DNA from: Pocillopora damicornis
Taxonomy: Eukaryota
Direction of reading: 5' to 3'
Length of the DNA stretch: 64,000 nucleotides
NCBI RefSeq assembly: GCF_003704095.1
Contig: NW_020845065.1
Coordinates: 186,001 to 250,000 of the forward strand
In this document: piece by piece, positions 47,485 to 59,567 of the stretch
Position numbering within the stretch: position 1 is the stretch's first letter
Layout of the letters: every line of letters begins with the position of its first letter
Notes under the pieces: model-generated
Told to the model about the DNA's origin: nothing
What the model saw: the letters and a program-made list of their open reading frames with translations, nothing else
Database searches by the model: none
Position numbers and translations under genes: made by a program

Positions 47485-49310
47485 TTAACTGATGTAACTT
47501 ATCTCTAAAATGTTCCAAAGAGCTAAAGAGACTATTGTAATTCCCGAAGTGCTTAAGCCAAAAGTTGTGGATGGGCTTCCAGACCGGACAGTAGTATATT
47601 TTGGAGAGGCTGTTGATTCTTGGTTATTCATGTCTTTAGTGGGAATCTTGTTATCAGTTGTGGTTGCGATTGTAGCTAGTGTTGTAGATGGTGTTGTAGG
47701 TGGTGGACCATTGCAGTAATCCTTATCGCAAGAGGAAATTGAACAATTATACACAGGTCTTGACTTGTTTATTGTTTCGCAGTATCCGTTGATAAAAAAT
47801 GGTGGTAAGCAAGTTTTTGAGTAGGTATGTTCGTTGTTCGAGTGCGAAAATATTGCTGTGGTACAAAGGTGCTTGGCAGCTTTACACGAGGTTAGATTTT
47901 GGTTATTGTTACATTCATTCTCAGAACCTGCGGCACATTGATAGCAGAGAAGAGTATTTCCTGTGGAAGAAAAAAAGAGATGTCATAAGATTTATAAGCA
48001 GAAGAGGAGACACAACACAGGTGCATGTCCATCAGAAATGTGTTAAGTTGGTACTTTTGTGATGCACACAAGCCTACTAAACGAGACTGCAAAACTTTCA
48101 TAACGGTACTATGACCGTGTGAACCAAAGCAAACTTTGACCCGAGAAAGGAGACAGTGTGACTATTTTATTTCGAGATATTCATAAGATTCCCCACATTT
48201 TAATACCATTCAACACTTAATCAATTTTATTTCGTAAGAGTAAGAGACCGCAAGAGTTTGTAAATCACAAGTCGGAGACGAGTGATTTGCAAACGTTTCG
48301 AGTGTTCTTCAAACATCCCGCTTGAGTTATTACATCAGTAAACCAATAGAAAGTTCATTTCAGACACAAGTTACGCTACTTTACTCGTGGAATATTAAGA
48401 AGCACGTGATCGAAGGATCAAGCACGTACTGGTCTGATATAACATTAAATCCCCTTTAAAAGGAAATCAAGCTTATCTACGTAGCAAGGTGAAGATAATT
48501 GAATCAGCTTTACTCTTTCCTTCTTCATTTTGTCAATTAAACCCTAAGGTTACCCATGTCAAGCTTAAGTCGTTACTCATCTCTGTACGGTATGGCTTTC
48601 TCTTGGACCATTGTCTGAGATCGTGTTTCGTAAGCCTCGTGTTTCAGAGTTCTTTCATTCTACCAAAATTTTCCGGCCTAAATTCATACTCATTACAAAA
48701 TCAGCGCACGGAAATTTGCAACTTCTTATTAATTCTCTGTTTCTCAAAATAAAGAGAAACCAAACACCTCAAATCACATGCCATTGTTGGGTTATGTCAA
48801 AGTCACGCTGAAATGAAATCGTTGATAGGTGAACCTAATCCTGACCTTTCGACTTACACTGACTAGAATTCCTTATTTAGTCGCAATCTACTCAGTGAAT
48901 AAATGGCTAACTCAAAGGCAAATTTTGTTGGCCTTTAGGGTGTAACAATCGTGGATATTTACCCTCAATAACTCGAGTTCCCTACAATAAATAAACTCAT
49001 GCCTTTAGTCATCAGTCTCTGGAAATATGAGTTATAGTCCTTTCTTCGAGTGTTTTTTAAATGAATAGCGACCACAAATTGCTTTCATTTGACATGAATG
49101 AGACATTTTCTCAAAGGTCGAGGAGACCTTGCCTTCATACTTATACAAGCGTTCACAAAAAACGATTGCTACATTGAAATCAGCCGGTAATAGCAACAAT
49201 AACGTCACAATTTGAATTACTTAAAATCATGAATATATCGACTCACCACAACGACAGAATGCTAACAACAGTGTACAACTCAAAAGCGCCACACATAAAT
49301 TCAGCGTCAT
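47485..49310 (-). CDS. Ly6/uPAR (three-finger) GPI-anchored protein D, 179 aa, 10 Cys, with a mucin-like Thr/Ser/Pro stalk
   Basis: Signal exon 49310-49247 (MTLNLCVALLSCTLLLAFCRC, G|GTGAGT) joined to 47960-47485: GNTLLCYQCAAGSENECNNNQNLTSCKAAKHLCTTAIFSHSNNEHTYSKTCLPPFFINGYCETINKSRPVYNCSISSCDKDYCNGPPPTTPSTT..., ending in a hydrophobic tail. Confidence 0.87.
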
Positions 49311-52300
49311 TCTCGTATAGGTTATCGAAGATGTCTCTCTTGCACGTCAAAGATAAACTAGCTGAAGGTCCGATAACGACGTGGTTTTTATCCAAGTGAA
49401 CGTGGAAATGTGTCAGCGATTCACCTCCGCTGTGTGTGTCAACAACCGCACCTCAGAATTATGACGTTTGCGAATATGAGATGTCTCACGTTTCGATGCC
49501 GGAATTTAGACCATGATTAATAGCAATAAGTAGATTTCTGTTGTCGATCGGGTAAAGGTAAAATTTCATATGTTTTAAAGTTGAGGTTGTGATGGAGGGG
49601 CGGTGTTTGATTTTTATTTTTCATCACGATTACCAGTGACTGGATTCCTTCGCTCACTGTTTACTTTGACATTCTTTGCTAAAATGTGTTACGTCGGTTT
49701 CGGAAACAAAACAAAGAATTGGGATGACCAGATATCACAGATAATTAAGTGGAGGAGGTGATTGGAGGGCCAAGCTTATATTGAATTACTCTCGTTTGCC
49801 GAAGTTCTCTCAAGAAAGAATATTTTATTTGCTACTCCAGATGCTAATAACCTATGCTGGTGTTGTTAACTCGGAGTTCACGTGTCACGCACCGGATAGC
49901 GCACTCACTGGAGAACTGCACAGAAGTTTCCACCGGCAAAATTACATAGCAAAGTATTATAAAACAGCCTATTTATCAAGAAAACACCAATTCAGAGCAA
50001 TATCGGCGCGGAAATGAGAATAGATCAAGAAATTTCCCTGCAGATTACGTATGTATACATACTTTCAACGCCGTAAGAATCAGTGGTACGTCACTCCCAC
50101 AGGAAACAGCAGCGGACAAATAGCATGGAACGAACCGTGGGAAGGTTCACGAGTTCGTTCCACATCCTTCCAGATTTATCTCGAAGCCAAAAATAAACTT
50201 GATCCTTCATAATTGTGATTCAAACTTTAAAATTTTTACTATTGCCAAAAAAAGAATGCAATCATATCCTGTATGTAGATCACGCTGAAAAAGGACTGAA
50301 AAATCTAACAATTCTGAAGCGTATAATCGGTCTTTGGATTTTCTGTATTTTTGTCAATTACTGCCATTCGGTCCGCCATTTTGATTAATCATTACTGGAG
50401 ATGGAGTAGTGTTTATCTTGTGACGTAACATGCAGAAGCAGGTCCGTGATCAGGCCTGGTCCGTGATAAAAAGCCACAAATTGTTCATACGTCATGATAA
50501 GTTGATTTACTATATAAGGCATTCTTGCATCCTGGCAATTTGTCTCCATGATTTGAAATTTTATTACTCTTGACTTATCATCATCTTTATTGATCCGGAA
50601 ATGAGTGATAAAGATTTTTACACGGTTTAAACAATGGTTTTCAATTTGCTTTAATCCAACATGTGTCACCTAAACGCCACAACACCATACTTAACAAAGA
50701 ATTTTTATTTCATTTTATCGTTTATTAAGTTGTCCCAGACAACATTGCAATAAGGAAGACAAATCATGGATACTGTTGTAAACCTAAGATTTAGCAACTG
50801 TTTGGCCGCGCTTAAAATATTTGGGACAAAAGAGGCTCTTTGGGGTGGGGAATTTTGCGGCCCCATCTCATGGCTCAGTACTCTTCCCAGATCCTCTCTT
50901 CAAAGGACCTTCAGACTTAAGAGTTCAGCAATATTTTTTAAAACGACAAACAGTTTATCATAAACTGATAATGTCAGTAATAATTTCACTCTTTGCAGCC
51001 TTGTTAGTTGGCATTAATTTAATTTTCTCTCGGCTGCCGAATGACTATCAGTGTTTCAAAATAAATCAATTGAATTGCGTGCTTCATTCCTTGGTAATCA
51101 TTTCCGCAGCTGTCACCTAATGTAACTTGTCCAGTGGGTTTTTTTAGACTCGTTAACTTTGTATGGGGTCCTCGCATCAAACTCTGGGCGGCAAACACGT
51201 TATCAATCTATGTCACGCATATTTCAATTTCGTCCCCTTTCGTTTTCGATGGAAAAATAACCTGGTTTGTTAGAGAAGGTCTCCTGGTCAAAAATTTCCA
51301 ATTCTTATGGAATATTCAGAAATTAAGTTTAATTAATTTAAAAACTATCCGAAGATCTTAACAGACCGCCGTTAGCACACGCTTCAAGTGTCTGATATGG
51401 AACTATAGTCAGAACATGTTTGTTTCGCTGATTGAATAACATATTTTCAATTTTTTTTCCTTTCATTAATGGTTCTTTGTGGACTACGGATATTGTTTAA
51501 GTGGATTAAAAAAGCGACAGTTACGGTGCATTGGTTAAGAATAATGTGTACTTGACTAAAGAATCGAAAACATCCGCACATTTATTTGCATAAAGCAAGC
51601 GACATGTTTTAGAATCTGAAAGGCCAGTACAGACAAACTTGAACTGAGCTGAAAGCCTTTGGTCGGCACTACTGAAAGAAATATTTGATATTGACGTGTT
51701 GTTTGTGTCTATTTAAAGCATTATTAGTTTAAGTTAATAGAGAAGGGCCTTGTTTTTTTCTCGGTATCTCCGACGAATTCCTGTTGGTAAAAGTTTCATT
51801 TTAACTTAAACCTTTGAATTTGATTTTATTTAGACTGCTCACCTTCTGGAAGAAGAACGAAGATCACATAAATTGTCGCTAATCGGAAAATGGACCCCTT
51901 CAGCCGCATTCTGGTAATGTTATTTAGCGAGAACGCGAAACTTGTGCAACGTTGTGCTGCAAATAGTAAGAACTGTCGGCTGTCACTCTATGAGCTTCAA
52001 TGCGGTGTGATGACATTTAAATTCAAGAAGCATGGAATTTGATTGGTCAACTTTTTTGAGACGTAATGGGCCACTCAATTCATTAGCTCAATATTATGTG
52101 GATTCCTCGAAACAAAAGTCATTCTCGATTCCACATAATTTAAGAATTATGTGGAATCCATCAGTTTCATTCAAAACTGATAGAGAGAACGACAACAAAA
52201 CTTCGCAAATAAACAATGAATACTGTAAATAGTGACTTTTTTTAGAGTACAGCTGACAGAATTACTGCAATACATTGCAGTAATTGACAACCGATTAGCA

Positions 52301-53169
52301 TCTCCTGGCAATATCTTGATGAAAAAAAAAAAAAAAAAAAAACTTTAACGTACGAAATTGGGGTTGGCTTATATCGAGACGGTTCATGGAGAGGACGTCC
52401 TCGAACCCTCCTGCCTGATCCCCATGTGATACTCTGATGATCTCCCCTTGTTAACAGTTACTTAGCAGTCATTTTTCTATAGCTCACTCCTTTATACTCT
52501 TCTAGCCACGACTGATCCCCCAAATGTTCTGCCCCACGCGAAAAATATTTACTGATCCTTAAGCTGCGATTAAGTGATTGCCGAAAAGGAAAGAGACGTG
52601 AAAACATTAAGGCTTCGACTAGATTCGAACCCGACAATTAAATTAGTCCTTCTTTCAATGCAAATCGTAATCCGTCCGACGACTAAATTTGAAAAAGGAA
52701 ACCAGCAATCATATTTATCTATTATGTACATATTAGAGAAATACCGGAATATTTCCTGTTTCAAAAATATGATACTCATTCTCATGGTTGGCGGGTTAGC
52801 CGGGTTCTTTATTCTCAATTACCAACATCTATTGTTTTAAATTTATCTTATATTAATTCTAAGAATAATACATATTTTCATAATTAGAACATGTTTTATA
52901 TTTTTGTCAGATGTTGCAGTAGCTCTTCTGCGGGATCAATTTACGTGCGACGGTAGATAACCATGGCCTTTAATTTTGATTTTTTGAAATGACATTCCTG
53001 TAACTCTTACAGGTGGATATAAAGCGCTTATGCGAATGGGGACAGAACCGTAAACACAAATCCCCGTTAAAGGAGTCATTTGAGGGCTGCGAAGTACTCT
53101 TTTATACAGTTACCCAAAGTTACGTTAAAAGAAACAAAATAGGAGCCGAAAGGGGAATGAATTATCATT

Positions 53170-55965
53170 TCACTGTTCAGTGAGGGTCTTATGCTGGATG
53201 AGGCGGTGGATACGGCAGCTGCATATTCTCTTTGTTGCAATCTTAGCCTCTTGGTAGAAGCTTGGAAAGGAAAAGGCACACACTATACTGAATATTATGG
53301 TCTGCCCATAAATCAGCAACCGAGGAATAAAGAAGAAAATGATCCGGCTTCCAGGCCACAATTCAAAGTTTCCACCCGCGATCTCGGTAAGCCGCGCTGG
53401 ACTGGTACAGATAAAAATGGTCGTAGCAAGTGTAAGGCAAATCCTGCGCAATTTCATCTTGGTTTGGCCATTGTGGTCATCTGGGTCTGGGGGTAGGAGT
53501 GTAAAATTATCTTTCGTTAGAATGCTGTTTAAAAAAACTGGTATTGAAAAAAAAATGCCAGAATAAGTGGAGCTGGGCTTAAAAGTTTTTGTTGTAGTCA
53601 TTGCTTTCACTACTCTATCCATTAAATTGATTTACTGAGATGGAAAAAAAATACGAATCTGATTGATTGTGGCCTCATCAAACTAGTAATGAAAATCAAG
53701 CTGGTGAGATGATACTCCAGAAATGGCTGGTTCCGGGTCGCCTTTGTTTGACAATCACTTTATCCCACAAAAATATTAAATCAAAAGGTTAAATTTGCGC
53801 GCAAGTCTTATGACCCCAAAGGCTTTTCCTAGTTTTCTGAATGATGCGTAAGTGAGTGGATTGTTACTACTTCCCCTTCCCCCTTTCCAGGGAAGAATGC
53901 ACAGGTCATTACCAGGCATTCTGTCGGATGTCCCTTGCGTATCCAGCCGGTTACACATTTTTACTTCTGACTGAAGAAATGCATGGGTCTGGCCTGTACC
54001 TGAAACTTGCCTTCTTTCGACCAAGACCTCACTGCGGTAACAACTAAGCTGGTACGCACCTCAATCCCCGGAGCTTAATTTGTGTAAACATTGAGTAAGA
54101 TCGCGCGAAGATCTTTTTCGAGTCAAAGTGATAAGCTACATTTATTCTTACCAGCTTTGTCAAGGGCTTCATAGTCTGGGTGCACACCAAACTTATTGCA
54201 GTAAAAGCAAACCGTCACCAGAGGCAAGATGGCCACGTACAGGTATTCAGTCCACTGAAACACTGGCATTCGACCCAAGCTGTTGTTTATCAGTGTGCAG
54301 CGTGTGCACCTCCCAGGTATCCTTACTAGGGAGGTGAACAGCAAGGGGAACGCAAACACCAATGACATAACCCAGTTGGTTGTACAGGAAGAGGGCTGGG
54401 TAGGAAACCCAAATGGGGTATAAGCATCGCGCGCCATATTCATGATGTGGGTTGCTATGGCAATGTAAATCGCACGTTCGACAAAAAAGTGCAAGCTGGA
54501 AATGAAATGCAAAGAAATTAAGTTTTAGTTATTTAGTAATTCACTGGAAGTCGACGTTTGGTTTTCCTCCGATTAAAGATGGTTTGAATCGCAATATTTC
54601 TATCAGAACATGAGAAGGTGTAAGTGAAACATGCCGCGGCTGTTCTGAGCAGAAGCATACGATTTTTCAACCAAATGTCTTACAGAAAAGGGAATCTTCG
54701 GCNNNNNNNNNNNNNNNNNNNNNNNNNNNNNNNNNNNNNNNNNNNNNNNNNNNNNNNNNNNNCCCCCCCCCCCCACCCTTCCCAATGAAGGGAAGCTTAG
54801 TTGTTCACATAATTATTCAATCCGTTGAGGCACCAAAGTGTATATTTCCGTTTTTTACGAGGTCTCACTCGGTTCCTGTCTTTGAATGTGTTTTTTGAGG
54901 AAGCTACGTGGTAATTTTCTGCAGAGATTTCTCGCTACGACGTTAATTCACTTCCAGCTAAATCGTAAACCCCTTTTATCAGTAAAACACAACAGTCGAG
55001 TCACAGAAGCGGAAACGATGATAAATATTTAGACAAGCTGTGTTCACTTTGTATCCTCCAAAAGCGAGACAATTGCTATTCAGTCTTAATGTTTTCCAGC
55101 ATTTTCTTTCATATCCATTCTACACGCAGAGAATCATTTATGCTTACTATAATTTGGCCTTTAATAAAAATGCAAATTTTCGAGCTCGCACGAAAATTGG
55201 ATCGCTTCTTTCGTCATTTGCCAATCAGGAAGAAATATTGCTTCCACCTTGAAGATGCCACAGTGTTCACAAAATTTGGTTCATAAAACTGGACGAACAA
55301 AAACTGCTGTTTATTTTTGTACAAAAAAATATTTGTAAAAGTAAGGAAAAAGTAAAAAGAGAAAAACGCACACGCGAAAAAAACTCATTATAAATCCTGG
55401 TCAGTGACTGAATAGCCGAGGTTGGCGAATTGTCTCAGTCACATTTACGGATTCATATCTTAGAAGAGACAAAGTGAAATAAAAGCGAAACTTTCTAAAG
55501 TTGAATTTAAATGGGAGGCATTGAGAGGAATTCAGCATAACTGAACAAGAACACTTTTGGTCAAGTTACTTTGAAAGTAGATTGAAGTTATCAGATCGAG
55601 TGTGCGGAAAGTTAAGGGTTGCGTCTCCAAACTGATTAAAACTCTTTGACTTACTTGCAGGAATACTCCCCAAAAAACCAAGATCCATTTGTTGTGAAGC
55701 TGATGATATCAAAGGGCATTCTGACCATAAGGATCAAGTTTGCAATGGAGCAGTGAAGCAGATAGTCATTGCAGTTCTTGCTGTAGGATTTGGAATTATT
55801 TCCTGTCTTACAACTCAGCAAAATGAACAAAATATTGCTTGCAAAACCTACTAAGAATATGACAAAAAATATCAGAAATTCCAAAAACAAGAATTGACCA
55901 CACATCATGGTTGACTTGACGGGGGAATTGGGTGACGAAGATGAAGAAGCTGTTTCTGTTGACAT
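53170..55965 (-). CDS. Divergent rhodopsin-like (class A) GPCR, ~323 aa, 3 coding exons
   Basis: Exons 55965-55655, 54495-54152 and 53486(or 53480)-53170, phases 2 and 1, with no stops. Seven hydrophobic segments; VGFASN (TM1), ANL..MPF (TM2), WFFGEYSC (ECL1/C3.25), W-VMSLVFAFP (TM4), ECL2 Cys, LPL (TM5), FICTSP (TM6), helix-8 Phe (PSF). The layout resembles peptide receptors. Confidence 0.85.
54703..54761. other. Assembly gap (59 N) in GPCR intron 1
   Basis: Run of N next to a poly-C tract. Confidence 1.
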
Positions 55966-56581
55966 CTTTCAGCAAATAAAAATGAAGCAGTCTTTGTGAT
56001 CGCAAAACAATAAACAATTTTCCTTTAAATTTTAATCTGAAAAAGGCAAATCCACAAATTAAAAAGTCTGTATCAGATAATAGGTTTGCCGAGCCGAGTT
56101 AATTTTATTGATAAACGGCATTGGTAAGTTTGGGTGAACATCTGTTTGGTGACACATATTCATTGATTCGGCCTAAATTGATTCTTTCTCAGACAAACAG
56201 GTGCGAGCGCCTGGTGACGAGTGCAGAGCGCGAAAGTCTATGAGGAAAAGAAGAAAAAGTGTTTTCTTAAAATCCATCCAATATTTTTGCTCGCCTACGA
56301 TTGGTCTATATGTATCGAATATGTCTCAGCAAAACCATGGGTTTTTCACGGGTATAATCAAAGTGATATTCCCCAATTTCCCCTTAGTACCCTACGTTAA
56401 AAGTGTTCGTTTAAAATTCAATTCAAGGTGAGAGAACGTTTACATATTCTTACAGAACGTGTTTGTTTGTCCATACAGTCGTAACAGAGAACTCTGAAAA
56501 GTAAACATCCCACGCAGCAAACAATAAATTGTTCGTCGACATTTCAACTGCGCGTTGCAAAGATATTTCAATATTTCAAAC

Positions 56582-56751
56582 ACAATAGCCTCCATTTAGC
56601 GCAAAAATATTCTCTTCTATTGTCCTTGGGTATTCTTTAAGCTCTCATTTTCTCTTGAACCTCGTTCTCGGAAAACTGTTCGCATCTCAGAAAAGGTGAG
56701 GTCCGCAGACAAATATCTGTGCATATTTTCGCACCAAATAGAAGCTATTGT
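56582..56751. mobile_element. MITE-like element with ~29-bp imperfect terminal inverted repeats
   Basis: ACAATAGCCTCCATTTAGCGCAAAAATAT ... ATATTTTCGCACCAAATAGAAGCTATTGT. Confidence 0.7.
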
Positions 56752-56984
56752 CTTATATTTATCCCTACTTCCTTCCGTACTTGAACAGCTCAAAAGAAAC
56801 AGTCAACGAGAAGTTTGCTACCTTGAAAAGTAATTCAAAACCAAATTTTATGGTGAATAGCGCTGAGTGGTTCTATAAAAAATTGTCTGTACTCGCTAGC
56901 GGCTTATGGCTGTAAGGTTTAGGGTTCTGATACGCAAACAATTTATCAGACAATGCAAGACGCTTATGATGAAGGGAATAAACT

Positions 56985-57084
56985 NNNNNNNNNNNNNNNN
57001 NNNNNNNNNNNNNNNNNNNNNNNNNNNNNNNNNNNNNNNNNNNNNNNNNNNNNNNNNNNNNNNNNNNNNNNNNNNNNNNNNNNN
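56985..57084. other. Assembly gap (100 N)
   Basis: Run of N, followed by a SINE fragment (57105-57210). Confidence 1.
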
Positions 57085-57894
57085 GGTTTATAGGTACATA
57101 TGTAAATGACTGTAAATATACAAAAAATCGTATATGTGAACTGCGGTTGAAGAAACGAAAATGGGACCGATCCTCGCAGTTATAAACACTACTTAAGTAG
57201 CAGTGAAATTTTGTTTCATTGATAAGCAATTACATAGGCTACAATTGCTACCACGAATTTGGATAAGACTTCTTTAGTCAATTGGGACTGACTCGAGTTG
57301 CAAAGGTCAGCGGTAGCAATGCGCATGACAAACAGTTTCTTTTCGCAAGGGAGGATACCGCTGGCATAACATCTATCAGCGCATTAGACACGTATATTTT
57401 TTTTTTGTTCTAAATATTTTATACGGAAATATTCAGCACCTATTTTTTTTACATGTTTCTTTTTGAAGAATCTCGTCACATCTTCGCTAAGAGGTCGCAA
57501 TGGTAGAATTTTAGACTGTCAATTGAGAGAATAATTTGCTATATCAGTCTCTCCTTACAAATGAAAATATTTAGTCTCAAGAGATCGTTTTCATTGCAAA
57601 CTGTAGTCGTCATGATAATTTAATCTTATTACCGCTAAAATTTATTATAATGGTGCTTAGAAGTAAAATGACTAATGAAAACACTTTGATTCTGTTCCTC
57701 CACGACGCGATAATAGCGGAGGTCGCAGAGCGTAGCCCCATAGTATACAAAATAGTAGTAACCGATCAAGCCGAAAAAATTTGGACTTACGACCGTACGA
57801 CCGTTCGACTATACAACCGACCAAGATGCTACTTTTAACATGCGTGGTCAACTGTACCGCGGGCACACCAACGCCACGGCTTTGTTCAGTAGTC

Positions 57895-57985
57895 TAGCCA
57901 TGTAGTTTAGTAGTCAGTGCACTGAGCTCCGAGTTGGACAACCCGGGTTCTAGTCCTGGCCGGGGCAAGGCGTTGTGCCCTTAAG
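57895..57985 (+). mobile_element. tRNA-derived SINE head of a second family
   Basis: A-box-like TAGTTTAGTAGT and B-box-like GGTTCTAGTCC, followed by TGGCCGGGG..GTTGTG. Confidence 0.45.
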
Positions 57986-59567
57986 AAAAAAAAAATTTAA
58001 AAAAAATGCGAGCTCGGCTTTTAGGCTTGGCTAAATATATATTTTAGAGGTTTGGCTTCGGTTTTCGAAGAGCGTATTGAAATTTACCTTGTATCAGAAG
58101 AAATATTTTTCCAAATTTGCAGCTTATTTATACCTTATAAGGCTTCATCCCACTCTATCCCCATGGTTGTCATTAAAATCCATTGTGAGTTAGAAAACCA
58201 AGCTGTGCAAGCAAAATTGTATTGACTTTATTTTGGAAATGGTTTATTTGAATAGTGTTCTCGAAACTCGGTGGAAAGTCACCTGTTTTTTCTTTCCTTC
58301 ATACAATGAATGTAAATCTCTGTACCGTTCATCATTGATTATTCTTCATGTTCTTCTTGGTGCTAGTAGAAGTGGTAGATATTTTTACTGTAGCGCTTCA
58401 GAGCGCAGCGAACGTCTACCGCCATTCGCCTCTACTTCGGTAAACAATAGTTGAAAAAATAATACAGAGATGTATATCCAGTTTGTGCGATGTCGTAAAT
58501 GTCCTTTCATGATTGAAAAATCTTCTCTTATTCAGTAATTATAAAATTTAATCATACTTGGAAATATTCATACTAATTTAACAAAAAGGAAAATCACAAC
58601 CCAGGATTGAAGCTAGGTCTTCCTAATAAAAGCAATTGATAAGAATAGTTTTATTCTTAGCGAGTTTATATCGAGGTATGGATACACGCAGGAAGAGCAA
58701 GAGAGAAGCATAAACCGGTTGCTCCAAGCGCAGCCTTGGCCAACTTTAGCTTCTTAAGTGGTATCCAAACTCCGCAAGGGCTTTCATAACTCGTTCTACC
58801 CGCAGTGTCAATATTGCTGATAAGGGCGCATTTGTTGAAGAACAATTCCCCTCTTATAAGTTCAAATTTTTTCGTTATTTTGACCGACAGTTATACTAGT
58901 AAAAGAAGACTGAGGTGTGCTAATGGCACTTAACTAGTTCCACAATTGACTGTAGCAAAATAAGTTGATAAACGGGATCTCGCGGGAACTTTGCGTAAAA
59001 TGAATCGCAAGCGTCAAATTTTGTGCACGCAGCGGTGCGTACATAGCGATAAAAGCCATGTTGGTTCAGTAAGAATTGGTCACGCCTACAACGACTGTTG
59101 AACCGCACATGAAAGAAAAATATCAATTAAACAAATATATTAAACTTACATGATTATTGTGTTCTAGTGAGCAAACATTTCGCTTGCAATCAAATTCATT
59201 CAAAGTTTATTGTTGATCGTGTTTAAAAAATCAATTATCCATTTGAAAAACTTGAGTACTTTAAGTATTCCGTCAAACGGCTTACTACGCAATAATGTAA
59301 AATGGTTTTCTGCAACGACTGAGTTCGCATGAAATGTCGCAGTCAGAAAGTCAATGATAGCGACACCTTCTGGTGCTTGTATGTAGATATTATTAGTCAC
59401 CATCGAAACGGTGTCGAGTCTTCTTGCAGGTGTCATGAATACAATAATAAACTAAAATATTAATGACTCGCTGAAGAACTTTTTCGTAGAATTTGTGCAT
59501 GCCGAGTAACTCTGTGAAAACTTCTGGTCGCAGTTCAAACAACCTGCCGACTTGGTCCAACGCACGA

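Noticed and set aside
50385-50669. 94-aa minus-strand ORF following an AG acceptor
   Set aside because: No recognisable motif and no partner exons were found, so it cannot be supported as coding.
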